Shown here: positions 8,544 to 17,765 of the stretch, in pieces
How positions within the stretch are numbered: the first letter of the stretch is position 1
Layout: the number at the start of each line of letters is the position of its first letter
DNA from: an uncultured Bacteroidales bacterium
GTDB taxonomy: Bacteria; Bacteroidota; Bacteroidia; Bacteroidales; UBA932
Length of the DNA stretch: 35,448 bases
Direction of reading: 5' to 3'
NCBI GenBank assembly: GCA_905235615.1
Contig: CAJOMB010000014.1
Span: 1 to 35,448, forward strand
Notes under the pieces: generated by a model
Told to the model about the DNA's origin: nothing
Database searches by the model: none
What the model saw: the letters and a program-made list of their open reading frames with translations, nothing else
Position numbers and translations under genes: made by a program

Positions 8544-8611
8544 GCAAATTTATAAAATATATTTTACAAAATCGCAAACTTCGCAATGTTTTTTCTTGCA
8601 GCGACCACAGA

Positions 8612-9253
8612 TTAGTAAAGATTAACGGTCTGTTCTTCCACGGTCTTTTTCCCGGTACTGTCCGTTACGATGACATCCATGACAAGGGCAATCCTGTCGC
8701 TGCTGCCCAGTTCCAAGGGCAGGGAGAAGATGGAGAAGGCCGTTTCCAGGTCTTTCTCGTCCATCCGGGTGGGGTCTTCTCCGTTTCCTTCATGGGAGAT
8801 GTGCAGATAGTGCAGGTTTCCTTTCATTTCATCATAGAAGCGGATGGGATGGGCGGCATTGGAGCCTTTGGCCTTGTAGTAGGAAAGGCCCAGATTCAGG
8901 TAACCGCCGCTGTAGCCCGTCATTTCCAGACCTACCGGGTCGGCCGGATATTCCCCCTCCCCGTCATATTCGGCAGGATAGACGATGGAGGCTTTGATGA
9001 CATCCTTGAGCTTGATGTCCAAGGCGCGGTTCAGGATATCGAAGAGGGCCAGATAGCGGTTCCCCTCAATTTTCCAATTGGCGGCGCCTACGGCATCTTC
9101 CTTCACGTTAAGAACATAGCCGTTGTCATTGAGGAGGACACCCTCCTTTACCGTCACCATTTCCTGCACATTGGTCTGGGTGAAAGTGTCTTCCATTTTG
9201 CAGGATGCCACAAGCGGAAGGACGGCCAGAATGAAAGGAATCAGTTTTTTCAT
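8612..9253 (-). CDS. NigD-like lipoprotein
   Basis: Lipobox LVASC; DP...SGGYLNL...H...LHISHEGNGED pattern resembles the NigD C-terminal domain. Confidence 0.6.
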   Translation of the reverse strand: MKKLIPFILAVLPLVASCKMEDTFTQTNVQEMVTVKEGVLLNDNGYVLNVKEDAVGAANWKIEGNRYLALFDILNRALDIKLKDVIKASIVYPAEYDGEGEYPADPVGLEMTGYSGGYLNLGLSYYKAKGSNAAHPIRFYDEMKGNLHYLHISHEGNGEDPTRMDEKDLETAFSIFSLPLELGSSDRIALVMDVIVTDSTGKKTVEEQTVNLY

Positions 9254-9705
9254 ATCGTTTTGGATTTACTTTTTGTGGGATGTGCAATCAATTGTATGTC
9301 AATATCTTCTACGGTGTAGCCCTTGAATTTGCGTCGCCGCAGGTGAGAGGCCACCAGCATGCTCAGTTCTTCGTCAATGAGGTCCCGGTACGTGTGGTTT
9401 TCCCTGTCGTACAGGTGAATGTGCCGGGCGGTGTTCACGTCAAAGTACATCTTGCTGGCGGCGGACAGGCGCCGGGAGTAAATCCTTTTGTCAGCCAGGT
9501 CGCTCAGGATGTTGTAAACGGAGGCTACGGTAACATGCAGCCCTTTCTGGGCCAGTTGGGCCGATACCATATCGGCCGATGCATGTCCCAGGCCCATCAT
9601 GACTTCATGGACGGCCATCCGCTGACGGGTGGCCTTGAGTCCGTGCCGTCTCAGCTGGGAGAGGAATTCATCCATGGTGGGGGCGGTGAGCGTAGTCTGG
9701 GGCAT
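9250..9705 (-). CDS. Fur-family transcriptional regulator (no cysteines)
   Basis: LRRHGLKATRQR, HASAD, VASVYNIL winged helix, FD...HIHL metal-site region. Confidence 0.88.
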   Translation of the reverse strand: MPQTTLTAPTMDEFLSQLRRHGLKATRQRMAVHEVMMGLGHASADMVSAQLAQKGLHVTVASVYNILSDLADKRIYSRRLSAASKMYFDVNTARHIHLYDRENHTYRDLIDEELSMLVASHLRRRKFKGYTVEDIDIQLIAHPTKSKSKTI

Positions 9706-9709
9706 GGAA

Positions 9710-11356
9710 TTAAGCTTTTAGCAGGGCTCGGGCGTTGGCGATGGCTTCGGGAGTGACCGTGGCTCCGGAGAGCATCCGGGCCAGTTCCTTCACGCGCCCT
9801 TCGCGGTCCAGGCACTCGATGTGGGTGATATCGTCTTTTTTGCTCACAAGATAGTGGGCGTGGCCTTTGGCGGCCACCTGCGGCAGATGGGTGATGGCGA
9901 ATACCTGCATATTCTCTCCCATCCGGCAGATGAGTGAGCCCATTTTGTCGGCGGCCGATCCGGAGACGCCCGTGTCAATCTCATCGAAGATGAGGGTGGG
10001 CATCTGCGTGTGGCGGGCCATCACGGACTTGAGGCCCAGCATGATGCGGGACAGTTCACCGCCGGATGCCGCCTTGGAGATTTCCGTGAGGCTCTTCCCT
10101 GTGGAGGAGAAGAGGAAACGGACGGAATCGGCCCCCAGAGCGCCTGCCGGCGTTTCCGCCAGTTCTACCTGAAAGGCGGCGTGGTCCAGTTCTAAGGAAT
10201 GGAGCACCGCTGTAATCTCTTCAGCAAATGGGCCGGATGCCGCCTTGCGGGCTTCGTGCAGCCGGGCGCATAGAGCCTGATGCCGGCTTTCCAGGTCCTG
10301 CAGTTCCTTTCTGGCATGTACGCATTCCTGCTCTAAGGACGAAGCGTCGGAAACCAGTCCTTCCAGGCGGTCCCTTTCCTCCATGAGTTCCCCGATGGTT
10401 TTGACGCCATGTTTTTGCAGAAGGCCGTACAGGAGGGAAAGCCGCTCTTCCACCTGGGCCAATTCCTCGGGGGAGGCCTCCGCCCGGCTGTTGGCAAGGC
10501 TCACTTCCTGCGCAATGTCCTCCACTTCTACCCGGGCCGATTCCAGCCTCGCAGCCAGCTCACTCAGCGAAGGAATGAATCCGGCGGCTTTTTCTGTCTG
10601 CCGGGCCGCTTCGCGGAGCAGCCCTGAAGGAGAGGCCGCCTGGTCGGAGGAGGGGGAGAGGAGTTCCTGAACCGAGCAGAGCGTCTCCTTGATCTGCTCC
10701 GCATGGGCCAGTTCATTCTGACGGGCCTCCAGCTCTTCCATTTCCCCTTCCCGCAACTGCGCCTCGTGAAGGCGTTCCCAGCGGGAGGCGTTATACGCTT
10801 CATCGGCCTGGGCCGATGCTTTTCTCGTTTCCAAGGCTTCCAGTTCCCGCCGGCTATTCAGGATTTGGTTCCATAGGGCACCGCACTCTTCCCTCAGGGA
10901 CAGGGTGCCTCCACGGGCATCCAGCGCATCCATCCGGAAGCGCTCCTCCATCAGTTTGAGGGTTTGGTGCTGGGAATGGATGTCCATCAGCTGGGCCGAC
11001 AACTCCTGCAGCACCGGCAGGGTGACCGGTTCGTCGTTGGCGAAACTGCGGGAGCGTCCGCTGCGGGCCACGGTGCGTCTCAGAACCAGTCTGTCCCCTT
11101 CGTCGGGCAGGTCCGAATCCTTCAGAATCTTCCGGATGGCGGGGGTGATGCCGAACTCGGCTTCCACTACGCAGCTTTCGCTTCCTTCACCCACCATGGC
11201 GGCATCGGCCTTGGCGCCCAGGACTAAGGACAAGGCCCCCAGAAGGATGGATTTGCCGGCTCCGGTCTCTCCGGTAATAATATTGAGACCCTCCGGAAAA
11301 GTGGTTTCCAGAGAGTCTATCAAAATGTAGTGAGAGACCGAAAGGCTGTACAGCAT
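9710..11356 (-). CDS. recN: DNA repair protein RecN
   Basis: Walker A GETGAGKS, DIHSQH, coiled coil, ASGGELSR signature, FDEIDTGVSG, ITHLPQVAA. Confidence 0.96.
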   Translation of the reverse strand: MLYSLSVSHYILIDSLETTFPEGLNIITGETGAGKSILLGALSLVLGAKADAAMVGEGSESCVVEAEFGITPAIRKILKDSDLPDEGDRLVLRRTVARSGRSRSFANDEPVTLPVLQELSAQLMDIHSQHQTLKLMEERFRMDALDARGGTLSLREECGALWNQILNSRRELEALETRKASAQADEAYNASRWERLHEAQLREGEMEELEARQNELAHAEQIKETLCSVQELLSPSSDQAASPSGLLREAARQTEKAAGFIPSLSELAARLESARVEVEDIAQEVSLANSRAEASPEELAQVEERLSLLYGLLQKHGVKTIGELMEERDRLEGLVSDASSLEQECVHARKELQDLESRHQALCARLHEARKAASGPFAEEITAVLHSLELDHAAFQVELAETPAGALGADSVRFLFSSTGKSLTEISKAASGGELSRIMLGLKSVMARHTQMPTLIFDEIDTGVSGSAADKMGSLICRMGENMQVFAITHLPQVAAKGHAHYLVSKKDDITHIECLDREGRVKELARMLSGATVTPEAIANARALLKA

Positions 11357-11357
11357 C

Positions 11358-11702
11358 TTATTTTCCGCTCCCGATGTCTATGGGATTCTCGTCGGAAGCC
11401 CTGCGGTAGTACAGCTCTCCGTTCTCGAATTCGGCGATGGCGGTGAGGTCCGGTTTGGGCTGACGCTCGTAGTACTTGGAGATTTCAATCTGCTCCTTGT
11501 TCTCGAACACTTCTTCCATGGTGTCGCGGTCTCCGCGGAACTCGTCCAGTTTCTTCATCAGTTCCTTCTTCTCTTCCACGGCAATCTGGTTGGCGCGTTT
11601 GTAAAGAATCACCACGGATTCATAGATGTTACCGGTGGGGGCGGCCAGGTTCTTGATGTCGCGCGTCACCGTATTCACAGGTACTTTTTTCTTGTTTTCC
11701 AT
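11358..11702 (-). CDS. rpoZ: RNA polymerase omega subunit (Bacteroidetes type)
   Basis: TGNIYESVVILYKRANQI...EEVFENKEQIEISKYYE..PKP; located directly after bamD, as usual in Bacteroidetes. Confidence 0.88.
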   Translation of the reverse strand: MENKKKVPVNTVTRDIKNLAAPTGNIYESVVILYKRANQIAVEEKKELMKKLDEFRGDRDTMEEVFENKEQIEISKYYERQPKPDLTAIAEFENGELYYRRASDENPIDIGSGK

Positions 11703-11760
11703 TCTGGTAAATTACGTTGTTCTATATAAGAATACCGCTGCCACCGGCGGGAAGTTTCAA

Positions 11761-12579
11761 TTATTTTTCTTCCGTTTCCCCACCGCGGCCCAGGAGCTTC
11801 TGAACCTGGCGGTACAGGCGGTCCAACTCCTTCCGGTGGGCCGACTCGGGATATTCTCCCACAAAGTTCAGGTAGTCGTCCACAAAGTTCAGGTAGCGGT
11901 CTTTCTGCTTCAGGGCCACGCTCAGGCGGGCATAGTGGTAGGAAGACATGGCCGTGTAGTACAGGATTTCCTCCCGGTAACCGTTCTCCGAATTGGTTTT
12001 GAGTACGTTCTGTAATTTGAGACGGGCGGCAGGATAGTCTTCCATGCTGTAATACAGCTTCCCGGCTTCAAAGTCTTTGCGGTCCAGTCGGTCCTGCAGG
12101 TCGGAGAGCATGTTCTGGCAGGCTGGGATGTGGATGTCATCCGGGCGCTCGCGCATGTATTCATAGAGGTAGGCCATACAGGCGCGGGTGGGCTGCTGGT
12201 CCAGTTCCCAGCGGTAGGTGGCCCTGTACAGGCAGTCCAGCCGGTAGAACTGGGCATCGGCCGCAAAGGCGCTCCGGGGGAAGTTCTCAATGAAGCGGGC
12301 GAAGTTGGATTCGGCCGTATAATAGTCCTTGTTCCTGTAATTGGAAAGCCCCCAGTAGTACTGGACGGTGTCATCCCGCTCGGTGCCGTTGGTGAGCACG
12401 GACATGGATTCGAAGAGCTGTGCGGCTTTGGCATACTTCTTCTGGGAGAAAAGTTCCATGGCGGCGTCATACTTGGCATCCACATCCCCGGAATTCAGCA
12501 AAATCTCATACTGCGACTTGCAGGAAATGCCGGTTGCCAGGCCTATGAGCATCAATAGCGTCAGTTTCAGTTTTCTCAT
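11761..12579 (-). CDS. bamD: Outer membrane protein assembly factor BamD
   Basis: Lipobox GISC, TPR-like repeats, YRWELDQQPT motif, gene order bamD-rpoZ. Confidence 0.9.
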   Translation of the reverse strand: MRKLKLTLLMLIGLATGISCKSQYEILLNSGDVDAKYDAAMELFSQKKYAKAAQLFESMSVLTNGTERDDTVQYYWGLSNYRNKDYYTAESNFARFIENFPRSAFAADAQFYRLDCLYRATYRWELDQQPTRACMAYLYEYMRERPDDIHIPACQNMLSDLQDRLDRKDFEAGKLYYSMEDYPAARLKLQNVLKTNSENGYREEILYYTAMSSYHYARLSVALKQKDRYLNFVDDYLNFVGEYPESAHRKELDRLYRQVQKLLGRGGETEEK

Positions 12580-12585
12580 CTTTCT

Positions 12586-13515
12586 TTAATTAGCTTGCTC
12601 CAAAAGGAATTTTTCCGCGTCGCGGGCCGCCATGCATCCCGAGGCGGCTGCCGTGATGGCCTGCCGGTAGCGCGGGTCCTGCACGTCTCCGGCAGCGAAT
12701 ACGCCCGGTACGCCGGTTTCCGAACTCCCGGGCTTGGTTACGATGTACCCGGCTGCATCCCTTTCCAAATAGGGAGCGAAGAGCTCCGAGGCGGGAGTAT
12801 GGCCGATGGCCAGGAAGAATCCGTCGATGGCTATATCAAAAACAGTGCCGTCCTTGCGAAGGAGGCGGGCGCCCGTGACGCCCATCTCGTCACCCAGCAC
12901 CTCCTGCGTGTTGCAGTTCCACAGCACTTCAATGTTGGGGGTGGAGAACACCTTCTCCTGCATGATCTTGGAGGCGCGGAAAACGTCCCTGCGCACAATC
13001 ATGTACACTTTCCTGGCCAAGGACGCCAGGTACAGGGCGTCTTCGCAGGCAGTGTCTCCTCCGCCCACCACGGCTACGGTGCGCTTGCGGTAGAAAAAGC
13101 CGTCGCAGGTGGCACAGGCGCTCACGCCGGTCCCCTTGAACTTCTCCTCCGAAGGGAGTCCCAGATAACGGGCCTGGGCCCCGGTAGCGATGATAAGGGT
13201 TTGGGCTTCCAGCTGCGTTTCCCCGTCAATCACCACTTTGAAAGGCCGATGGGAAAGGTCTGCCGCCGTGGCGGTGCCGCTGCGGATATCGGCCCCGAAA
13301 CTTTTGGCCTGCTCCCGCATGTTGTCCATGAGGGTGTTGGCGTCCACTCCGCCCGGGAAACCGGGGAAGTTCTCTACGATGGTGGTGGTGGTAAGCTGTC
13401 CTCCGGGCTGGATTCCCTCATACACGACGGGGGACAGGTTGGCGCGGGCCGCGTAGATGGCGGCGGTGAATCCGGCGGGGCCTCCGCCCAGAATCAGGCA
13501 TTTGACTTTCTCCAT
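12586..13515 (-). CDS. trxB: Thioredoxin-disulfide reductase
   Basis: GGGPAG FAD motif, GGQLTTT, active site CATC, VVGGGDTA, FAAGDVQD..YRQAITAA. Alternative TTG start at 13524. Confidence 0.96.
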   Translation of the reverse strand: MEKVKCLILGGGPAGFTAAIYAARANLSPVVYEGIQPGGQLTTTTIVENFPGFPGGVDANTLMDNMREQAKSFGADIRSGTATAADLSHRPFKVVIDGETQLEAQTLIIATGAQARYLGLPSEEKFKGTGVSACATCDGFFYRKRTVAVVGGGDTACEDALYLASLARKVYMIVRRDVFRASKIMQEKVFSTPNIEVLWNCNTQEVLGDEMGVTGARLLRKDGTVFDIAIDGFFLAIGHTPASELFAPYLERDAAGYIVTKPGSSETGVPGVFAAGDVQDPRYRQAITAAASGCMAARDAEKFLLEQAN

Positions 13516-13520
13516 GGGGC

Positions 13521-15176
13521 TCAATGTATAAGAGTCGTCGTATAATCAGGCTGGTAGATGATGCGGCGGACGGCCATGTTGTGCCGGTTCCCGTTTTCGC
13601 CTGCTTCAAAGAGGAAATCCGTGTGCAGTCCGCGGGTTCTCTCCTGGCCCAGACAGTTGGTCCAGCGGTTACCGTAACGGGCTACGCACAGGATAAAGTA
13701 ACGGGCCGTGTCGTAGCCCTGGAAGGCAAACTGTGAGGGCTCGGTGCGGAAGAGAGCGCGGTAGGCGCTTACGAACCGTTCTACCTGCGGGCTGCCGTAT
13801 TCCACATGATAGGACGTGCTGATATGGGCGGAGAGGTCGTGAAGGGCCGATCCGTCGATGGAATCGAAGTTCCGGATCTTGGAAGGTGCATACATGACCA
13901 CATTGTAGCCTTTGCCCAGCATGATGCCCAGGTTCCGGACCACATCTCCCACGAAGGGCTCGCTTTCGGAGGCTACAATCACGCGGTTTACTCCGTTTTT
14001 GACCATCGTCTGTGCCAGGGAGTCGGGGATTTGGCGTCCTTCGCTCATTCCGTAGTTGAGTATCTGGTATTCGAGCCCACGGTGGGCCAGGGCACTGCGA
14101 ATGCTCACTGACGCCATGACGGAGCCTGCATTCTTCTCCGTCACGAAGAGAATCTTGTCGGAGCTTCCCATGTCTTCCCGGACCCACTGTCCCAGGTCTT
14201 CGTACTGGTTGTCCGCCCCGGCGGGTGCCTGGATGAAGTTGTGGTACACCATGCTCAGGGCGCCGGCTTTCTGGTCCAGCGGGGAAATCACCGGAACGCG
14301 GCCTTCAAGGCGCATCAGGACGGCTTCCATATCCCGGTTGGCGATGGGGCCCAGCACAAAGTCCGAGCGGCAGAGGGTTTCTACGTCCGGCATGCCGGCG
14401 TAAAGGTCATATACATGGGAGTGAATCTTGATGCCTTCGCTTTCCAGGTCCCTGAGGGCCATCAGGACGCCGGAGTAGAAGTCCATGTTCATTTCGATAG
14501 GTTCGCCGTCCGCCTTCAGGGGCAGCAGCAGGGAGAAATCCACCACGTCTTTTGGACGCCCGTTCAGCAGGAGACTGTCGGCCGATTCTTCCTTCGCCGG
14601 CTCCTGAACGGGCTCCCGGAGGGTGAGCGTATCGGCCACAGGGGCGGGCGTTTCCTCTGTCACCACAGGTGCAGCCGCGGGAGCCGGAGCCTCCGCTCCC
14701 TTCACGGGAATCTTGAGCACCTGGCGGGTGGTGAGCTTGCGGGTAGTGAGACCGTTGAAATCCAGGATCTCCTGGGCCGATACTTCATAGCGGCGGGCGA
14801 TATCATCGATGTCTTCGTACCAGCGGACGGTGTGCTCCTTGTATCCCTGTGCCTGCGGAGCCTCCTTCTTGGGGGCTTCTTTCACGGGATCGGCCTTTTT
14901 CGATTCTACCGGGATGAGCAGGATGCTGCCTTTCTGGAGTCCCGTTTCCTTGAGGTTGGGATTGGCCTGGTACAATTCTTCCTCCGTCACTCCATAGGCC
15001 CTGGTAATTCCGAAGAGTGTCTGGCGCTCCATCACCAAATGGGCGTAATACACTTTACCGTTGAGTTTCACCTTCTCCGTGGAGATGGTGACGGGGGTGG
15101 GGACATAGTCCTGGGCCAGGGCTGCGGCGGACCCCAGCAGCAGGAGGGTGGCGGCAAGGGCGATGTGAATTTTCAT
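13521..15176 (-). CDS. LysM domain protein with C-terminal periplasmic-binding-protein type I-like domain
   Basis: Signal peptide, two LysM repeats (HLVMERQTLFGITRAYGV...; HTVRWYEDIDDIARRYEV...), Pro/Ala linker, then LLLPL...DFYSGVLMA...GYD typical of Bacteroidales LysM-PBP1 proteins. Confidence 0.85.
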   Translation of the reverse strand: MKIHIALAATLLLLGSAAALAQDYVPTPVTISTEKVKLNGKVYYAHLVMERQTLFGITRAYGVTEEELYQANPNLKETGLQKGSILLIPVESKKADPVKEAPKKEAPQAQGYKEHTVRWYEDIDDIARRYEVSAQEILDFNGLTTRKLTTRQVLKIPVKGAEAPAPAAAPVVTEETPAPVADTLTLREPVQEPAKEESADSLLLNGRPKDVVDFSLLLPLKADGEPIEMNMDFYSGVLMALRDLESEGIKIHSHVYDLYAGMPDVETLCRSDFVLGPIANRDMEAVLMRLEGRVPVISPLDQKAGALSMVYHNFIQAPAGADNQYEDLGQWVREDMGSSDKILFVTEKNAGSVMASVSIRSALAHRGLEYQILNYGMSEGRQIPDSLAQTMVKNGVNRVIVASESEPFVGDVVRNLGIMLGKGYNVVMYAPSKIRNFDSIDGSALHDLSAHISTSYHVEYGSPQVERFVSAYRALFRTEPSQFAFQGYDTARYFILCVARYGNRWTNCLGQERTRGLHTDFLFEAGENGNRHNMAVRRIIYQPDYTTTLIH

Positions 15177-15185
15177 AATACTTGT

Positions 15186-16301
15186 TTATAACGTATTGGC
15201 AAAGTCTGTGAGTGCCTGGGCGAAGGCATCCCATCCCAGCCTTTTCTTTTCCTCTATGATGGCCTTGTGGAGGCTGTCCCGAAGCTCCGGGTCTTCAAAA
15301 TAGCGGAGAATCTCTTTCCGTACGGCCGGGGCCGATACTTCCGATGACACAATTCCCGTGCCACGCTCTCCGATGGTGCTCCTGAGGCCTCCCACGGGCG
15401 TGACCACCATAGGCACTTCAAAGTGGCAGGCGATGGAGCTGATTCCGCTCTGGGTGGCACTGCGGTAGGGGAGGACCACCAGATCGGCCGCAGAGAAATA
15501 GCGCTTCACCTCCGAATCCCGGATATAGTCCGGGAAAACTTTCACGCGGTCTTTTCCCGGGAGGGTATCGAGGATGGCCCGATACTTTTCAAAGGAGCCG
15601 TAGGGTTCTCCGGCTACCACTAACTGATAGTCCTCCGGCAGGTCCCGGAAGGCTTCCAAAAGAATGTCCAACCCCTTGTATTCCCGGATGAGGCCGAAGA
15701 ACAGAAGGGTCTTTTTCTCCGGATCCATGCCCAGGGCCTCGAGGGCCTCTTTCCGGGGCAGCTTCTCCCCGAAGTGGGCATACAGCGGATGGGGACGGAG
15801 GATGTAGCGGGCATCCGGCCGAAGGGCCAGGAGGTCTTTTTCCACGGCATCGGCCATGACGATGAAACCGCTGCAGCCCCTGACGAACCAACGGTTCAGC
15901 GGGCGGTCGAACCAATGCGGTTCGTGCGGGATTACGTTGTCCAGCACCACCACGCTCCTGCAGCCGCAGTGACGGGCCACATAGCCTAAGGAGGGGGCGA
16001 ACCAGCTCATCCAGTAGCGCATCACCAGCACGTCCGGCTTCCATTTCCGGAGGGTGCGGGCGGCCTTTATCCAGGAAAAGGGATTCACCGTGTCCAGGAT
16101 GGCCTGGGCCTCCACCGGCTGCGCCTCGTCTTCCGGGGTGACATACTGCGTCTTGCCGGGGAAGAGGAGGGAAGGGTACTGCCGGGAGAAATTGAGGGCC
16201 AGGGTATCATGACATTTTCCCAGTTCCTCCAGCAGGCTGGAGTTGAACTGGGAAATGCCTCCCCTGAGGGGATAGAAACTGGACAGGATGGCTATCCTCA
16301 C
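15186..16301 (-). CDS. Glycosyltransferase family 4 (GT-B)
   Basis: YPLRGGISQF, LLFFGLIREYKGLD, LVVLPYRSATQSGI. GTG start. Confidence 0.9.
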   Translation of the reverse strand: MRIAILSSFYPLRGGISQFNSSLLEELGKCHDTLALNFSRQYPSLLFPGKTQYVTPEDEAQPVEAQAILDTVNPFSWIKAARTLRKWKPDVLVMRYWMSWFAPSLGYVARHCGCRSVVVLDNVIPHEPHWFDRPLNRWFVRGCSGFIVMADAVEKDLLALRPDARYILRPHPLYAHFGEKLPRKEALEALGMDPEKKTLLFFGLIREYKGLDILLEAFRDLPEDYQLVVAGEPYGSFEKYRAILDTLPGKDRVKVFPDYIRDSEVKRYFSAADLVVLPYRSATQSGISSIACHFEVPMVVTPVGGLRSTIGERGTGIVSSEVSAPAVRKEILRYFEDPELRDSLHKAIIEEKKRLGWDAFAQALTDFANTL

Positions 16302-16304
16302 CTT

Positions 16305-16919
16305 TTACTTCTTAGTGGTTTCCTTGGTCTTGATATAGGCGGCGTTGAGGCCGGCAAGGAGGTCTTCGGTGATGTCTAAACTGGCGTCCGCGCAAACGAC
16401 GGGAGTGGAGAGGATGCTGCCGGCGGTGGCCAGGATCATGGCATACTGGTGCTCCTCGTTATACTGGGCCACGTACTCCGCGATGGCGTTGGCAATCTGG
16501 TTCATCATCACCTGCTGCTCTTCGGCCATTTCCTGCTGCTTGCGCATGGCGTACTCCTGGTACTCCTGCTGCTGCTGCTGGAGTTTCTGGTACTGGGCCT
16601 GGGCCACGGAAGTGGTGAGGAGGCCTTTGTCCACTTTGTTCTGGAAATCGTTGGCGTCTTTCTCAAGTTTCTTGCCGCGGCGGTCAATCTCTGCCTGGAT
16701 GCCGCTGGTCTTGGTCTCGAACACGGAGTTGAGGTCGTTGGCCATGTCATAGCTCTGCATCACCTTGTCCATGTTGAAATAGACGATGCTGCCGGCCACG
16801 GCGGTGCTGTCCTTTGCGGGAGCGGCCTGGGAGGTGCCATTGTTGTTCTGGTTGCAGGAAGCGGCGAGAACCACGGCAGCGGCGACGCCAAAGATGAGGA
16901 ATGTCTTTTTCATTATCAT
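16305..16919 (-). CDS. OmpH/Skp family lipoprotein
   Basis: Lipobox LAASC, IVYFNMDKV, Q-rich coiled coil, LDITEDLLAGLN. Own -7 box TAACTTTG at 16950-16957. Confidence 0.88.
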   Translation of the reverse strand: MIMKKTFLIFGVAAAVVLAASCNQNNNGTSQAAPAKDSTAVAGSIVYFNMDKVMQSYDMANDLNSVFETKTSGIQAEIDRRGKKLEKDANDFQNKVDKGLLTTSVAQAQYQKLQQQQQEYQEYAMRKQQEMAEEQQVMMNQIANAIAEYVAQYNEEHQYAMILATAGSILSTPVVCADASLDITEDLLAGLNAAYIKTKETTKK

Positions 16920-16958
16920 TACTGTTTTTTAAGATATTCTTGAAGAGCGCAAAGTTAA

Positions 16959-17681
16959 CTATTTTTTACGGATTTCCGAAAGATAGGCCCCAATTGTTTT
17001 TTCCAGTCCCAGGTAAAGGGCGTCGGAAATGAGGGCATGGCCGATGGAAACTTCGTCCGTCCAGGGGATGGTGCGGATGAACCAGGCCAGGTTTTCCAGG
17101 GAGAGGTCGTGTCCGGCGTTCAAGCCCAGGCCACATTCCTTGGCCGCTATGGCGGTGCGAAGATAGGGGGCTATGGCTTCATCGGGATTCCGGGGATAGT
17201 CCTCCGCATAGGCGGCGGTATAAAGTTCCACCCGGTCCGCCCCGCAGGCGGCGGCGCCTTCGGCCATACGCGGGTCCGGGTCTATGAAAATGGAGGTGCG
17301 GATGCCCTTGGAATGGAAGGTTTGGCAAAGCTCCGTGAGGATATCTTTGTTCCCCAGGGTGTCCCAGCCGGCGTTGGAGGTGATGGCATTGTGCCCGTCC
17401 GGCACCAGCGTGACCTGGTCCGGAACCACTTCCAACACCAGGTCCACGAAACTTTGTACCGTGGGGTTGCCCTCGATATTGAATTCCGTCTTCAGAAGCG
17501 GGCGGAGCTCCCGTACATCGGCATAGCGGATGTGGCGCTCGTCCGGGCGGGGATGCACGGTGATGCCCTCTGCCCCGAAGCGCTCGATATCCAGGGCAGC
17601 CTTGGTGACATCCGGCACATTTCCGCCCCGCGCATTCCGCAGGGTGGCCACCTTATTTATATTGACGCTGAGTCTGGTCAT
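16959..17681 (-). CDS. pdxJ: Pyridoxine 5'-phosphate synthase
   Basis: [45 protein letters not shown]. Confidence 0.97.
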   Translation of the reverse strand: MTRLSVNINKVATLRNARGGNVPDVTKAALDIERFGAEGITVHPRPDERHIRYADVRELRPLLKTEFNIEGNPTVQSFVDLVLEVVPDQVTLVPDGHNAITSNAGWDTLGNKDILTELCQTFHSKGIRTSIFIDPDPRMAEGAAACGADRVELYTAAYAEDYPRNPDEAIAPYLRTAIAAKECGLGLNAGHDLSLENLAWFIRTIPWTDEVSIGHALISDALYLGLEKTIGAYLSEIRKK

Positions 17682-17705
17682 CTTTCAATTTGCGTTTATA
17701 TTCCA

Positions 17706-17743
17706 CAAAAATAAGGAAAATTCTCAGAAATGTGTTAATTTTG
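17706..17743. promoter_or_regulatory. Divergent -7 boxes for pdxJ and nadK
   Basis: Minus strand TATTTTTG at 17706-17713; plus strand TAATTTTG at 17736-17743. Confidence 0.6.
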
Positions 17744-17765
17744 GCGTTTGATTTTAAAGACTGAC

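Noticed and set aside
7211-8611. Prophage or ICE integrated at tRNA-His
   Set aside because: No integrase, no duplicated tRNA 3' end, and housekeeping genes resume after one gene.
16510-16600. CTG/CAG trinucleotide runs in the OmpH genes as contingency repeats
   Set aside because: Short, in-frame poly-Gln typical of Skp coiled coils.
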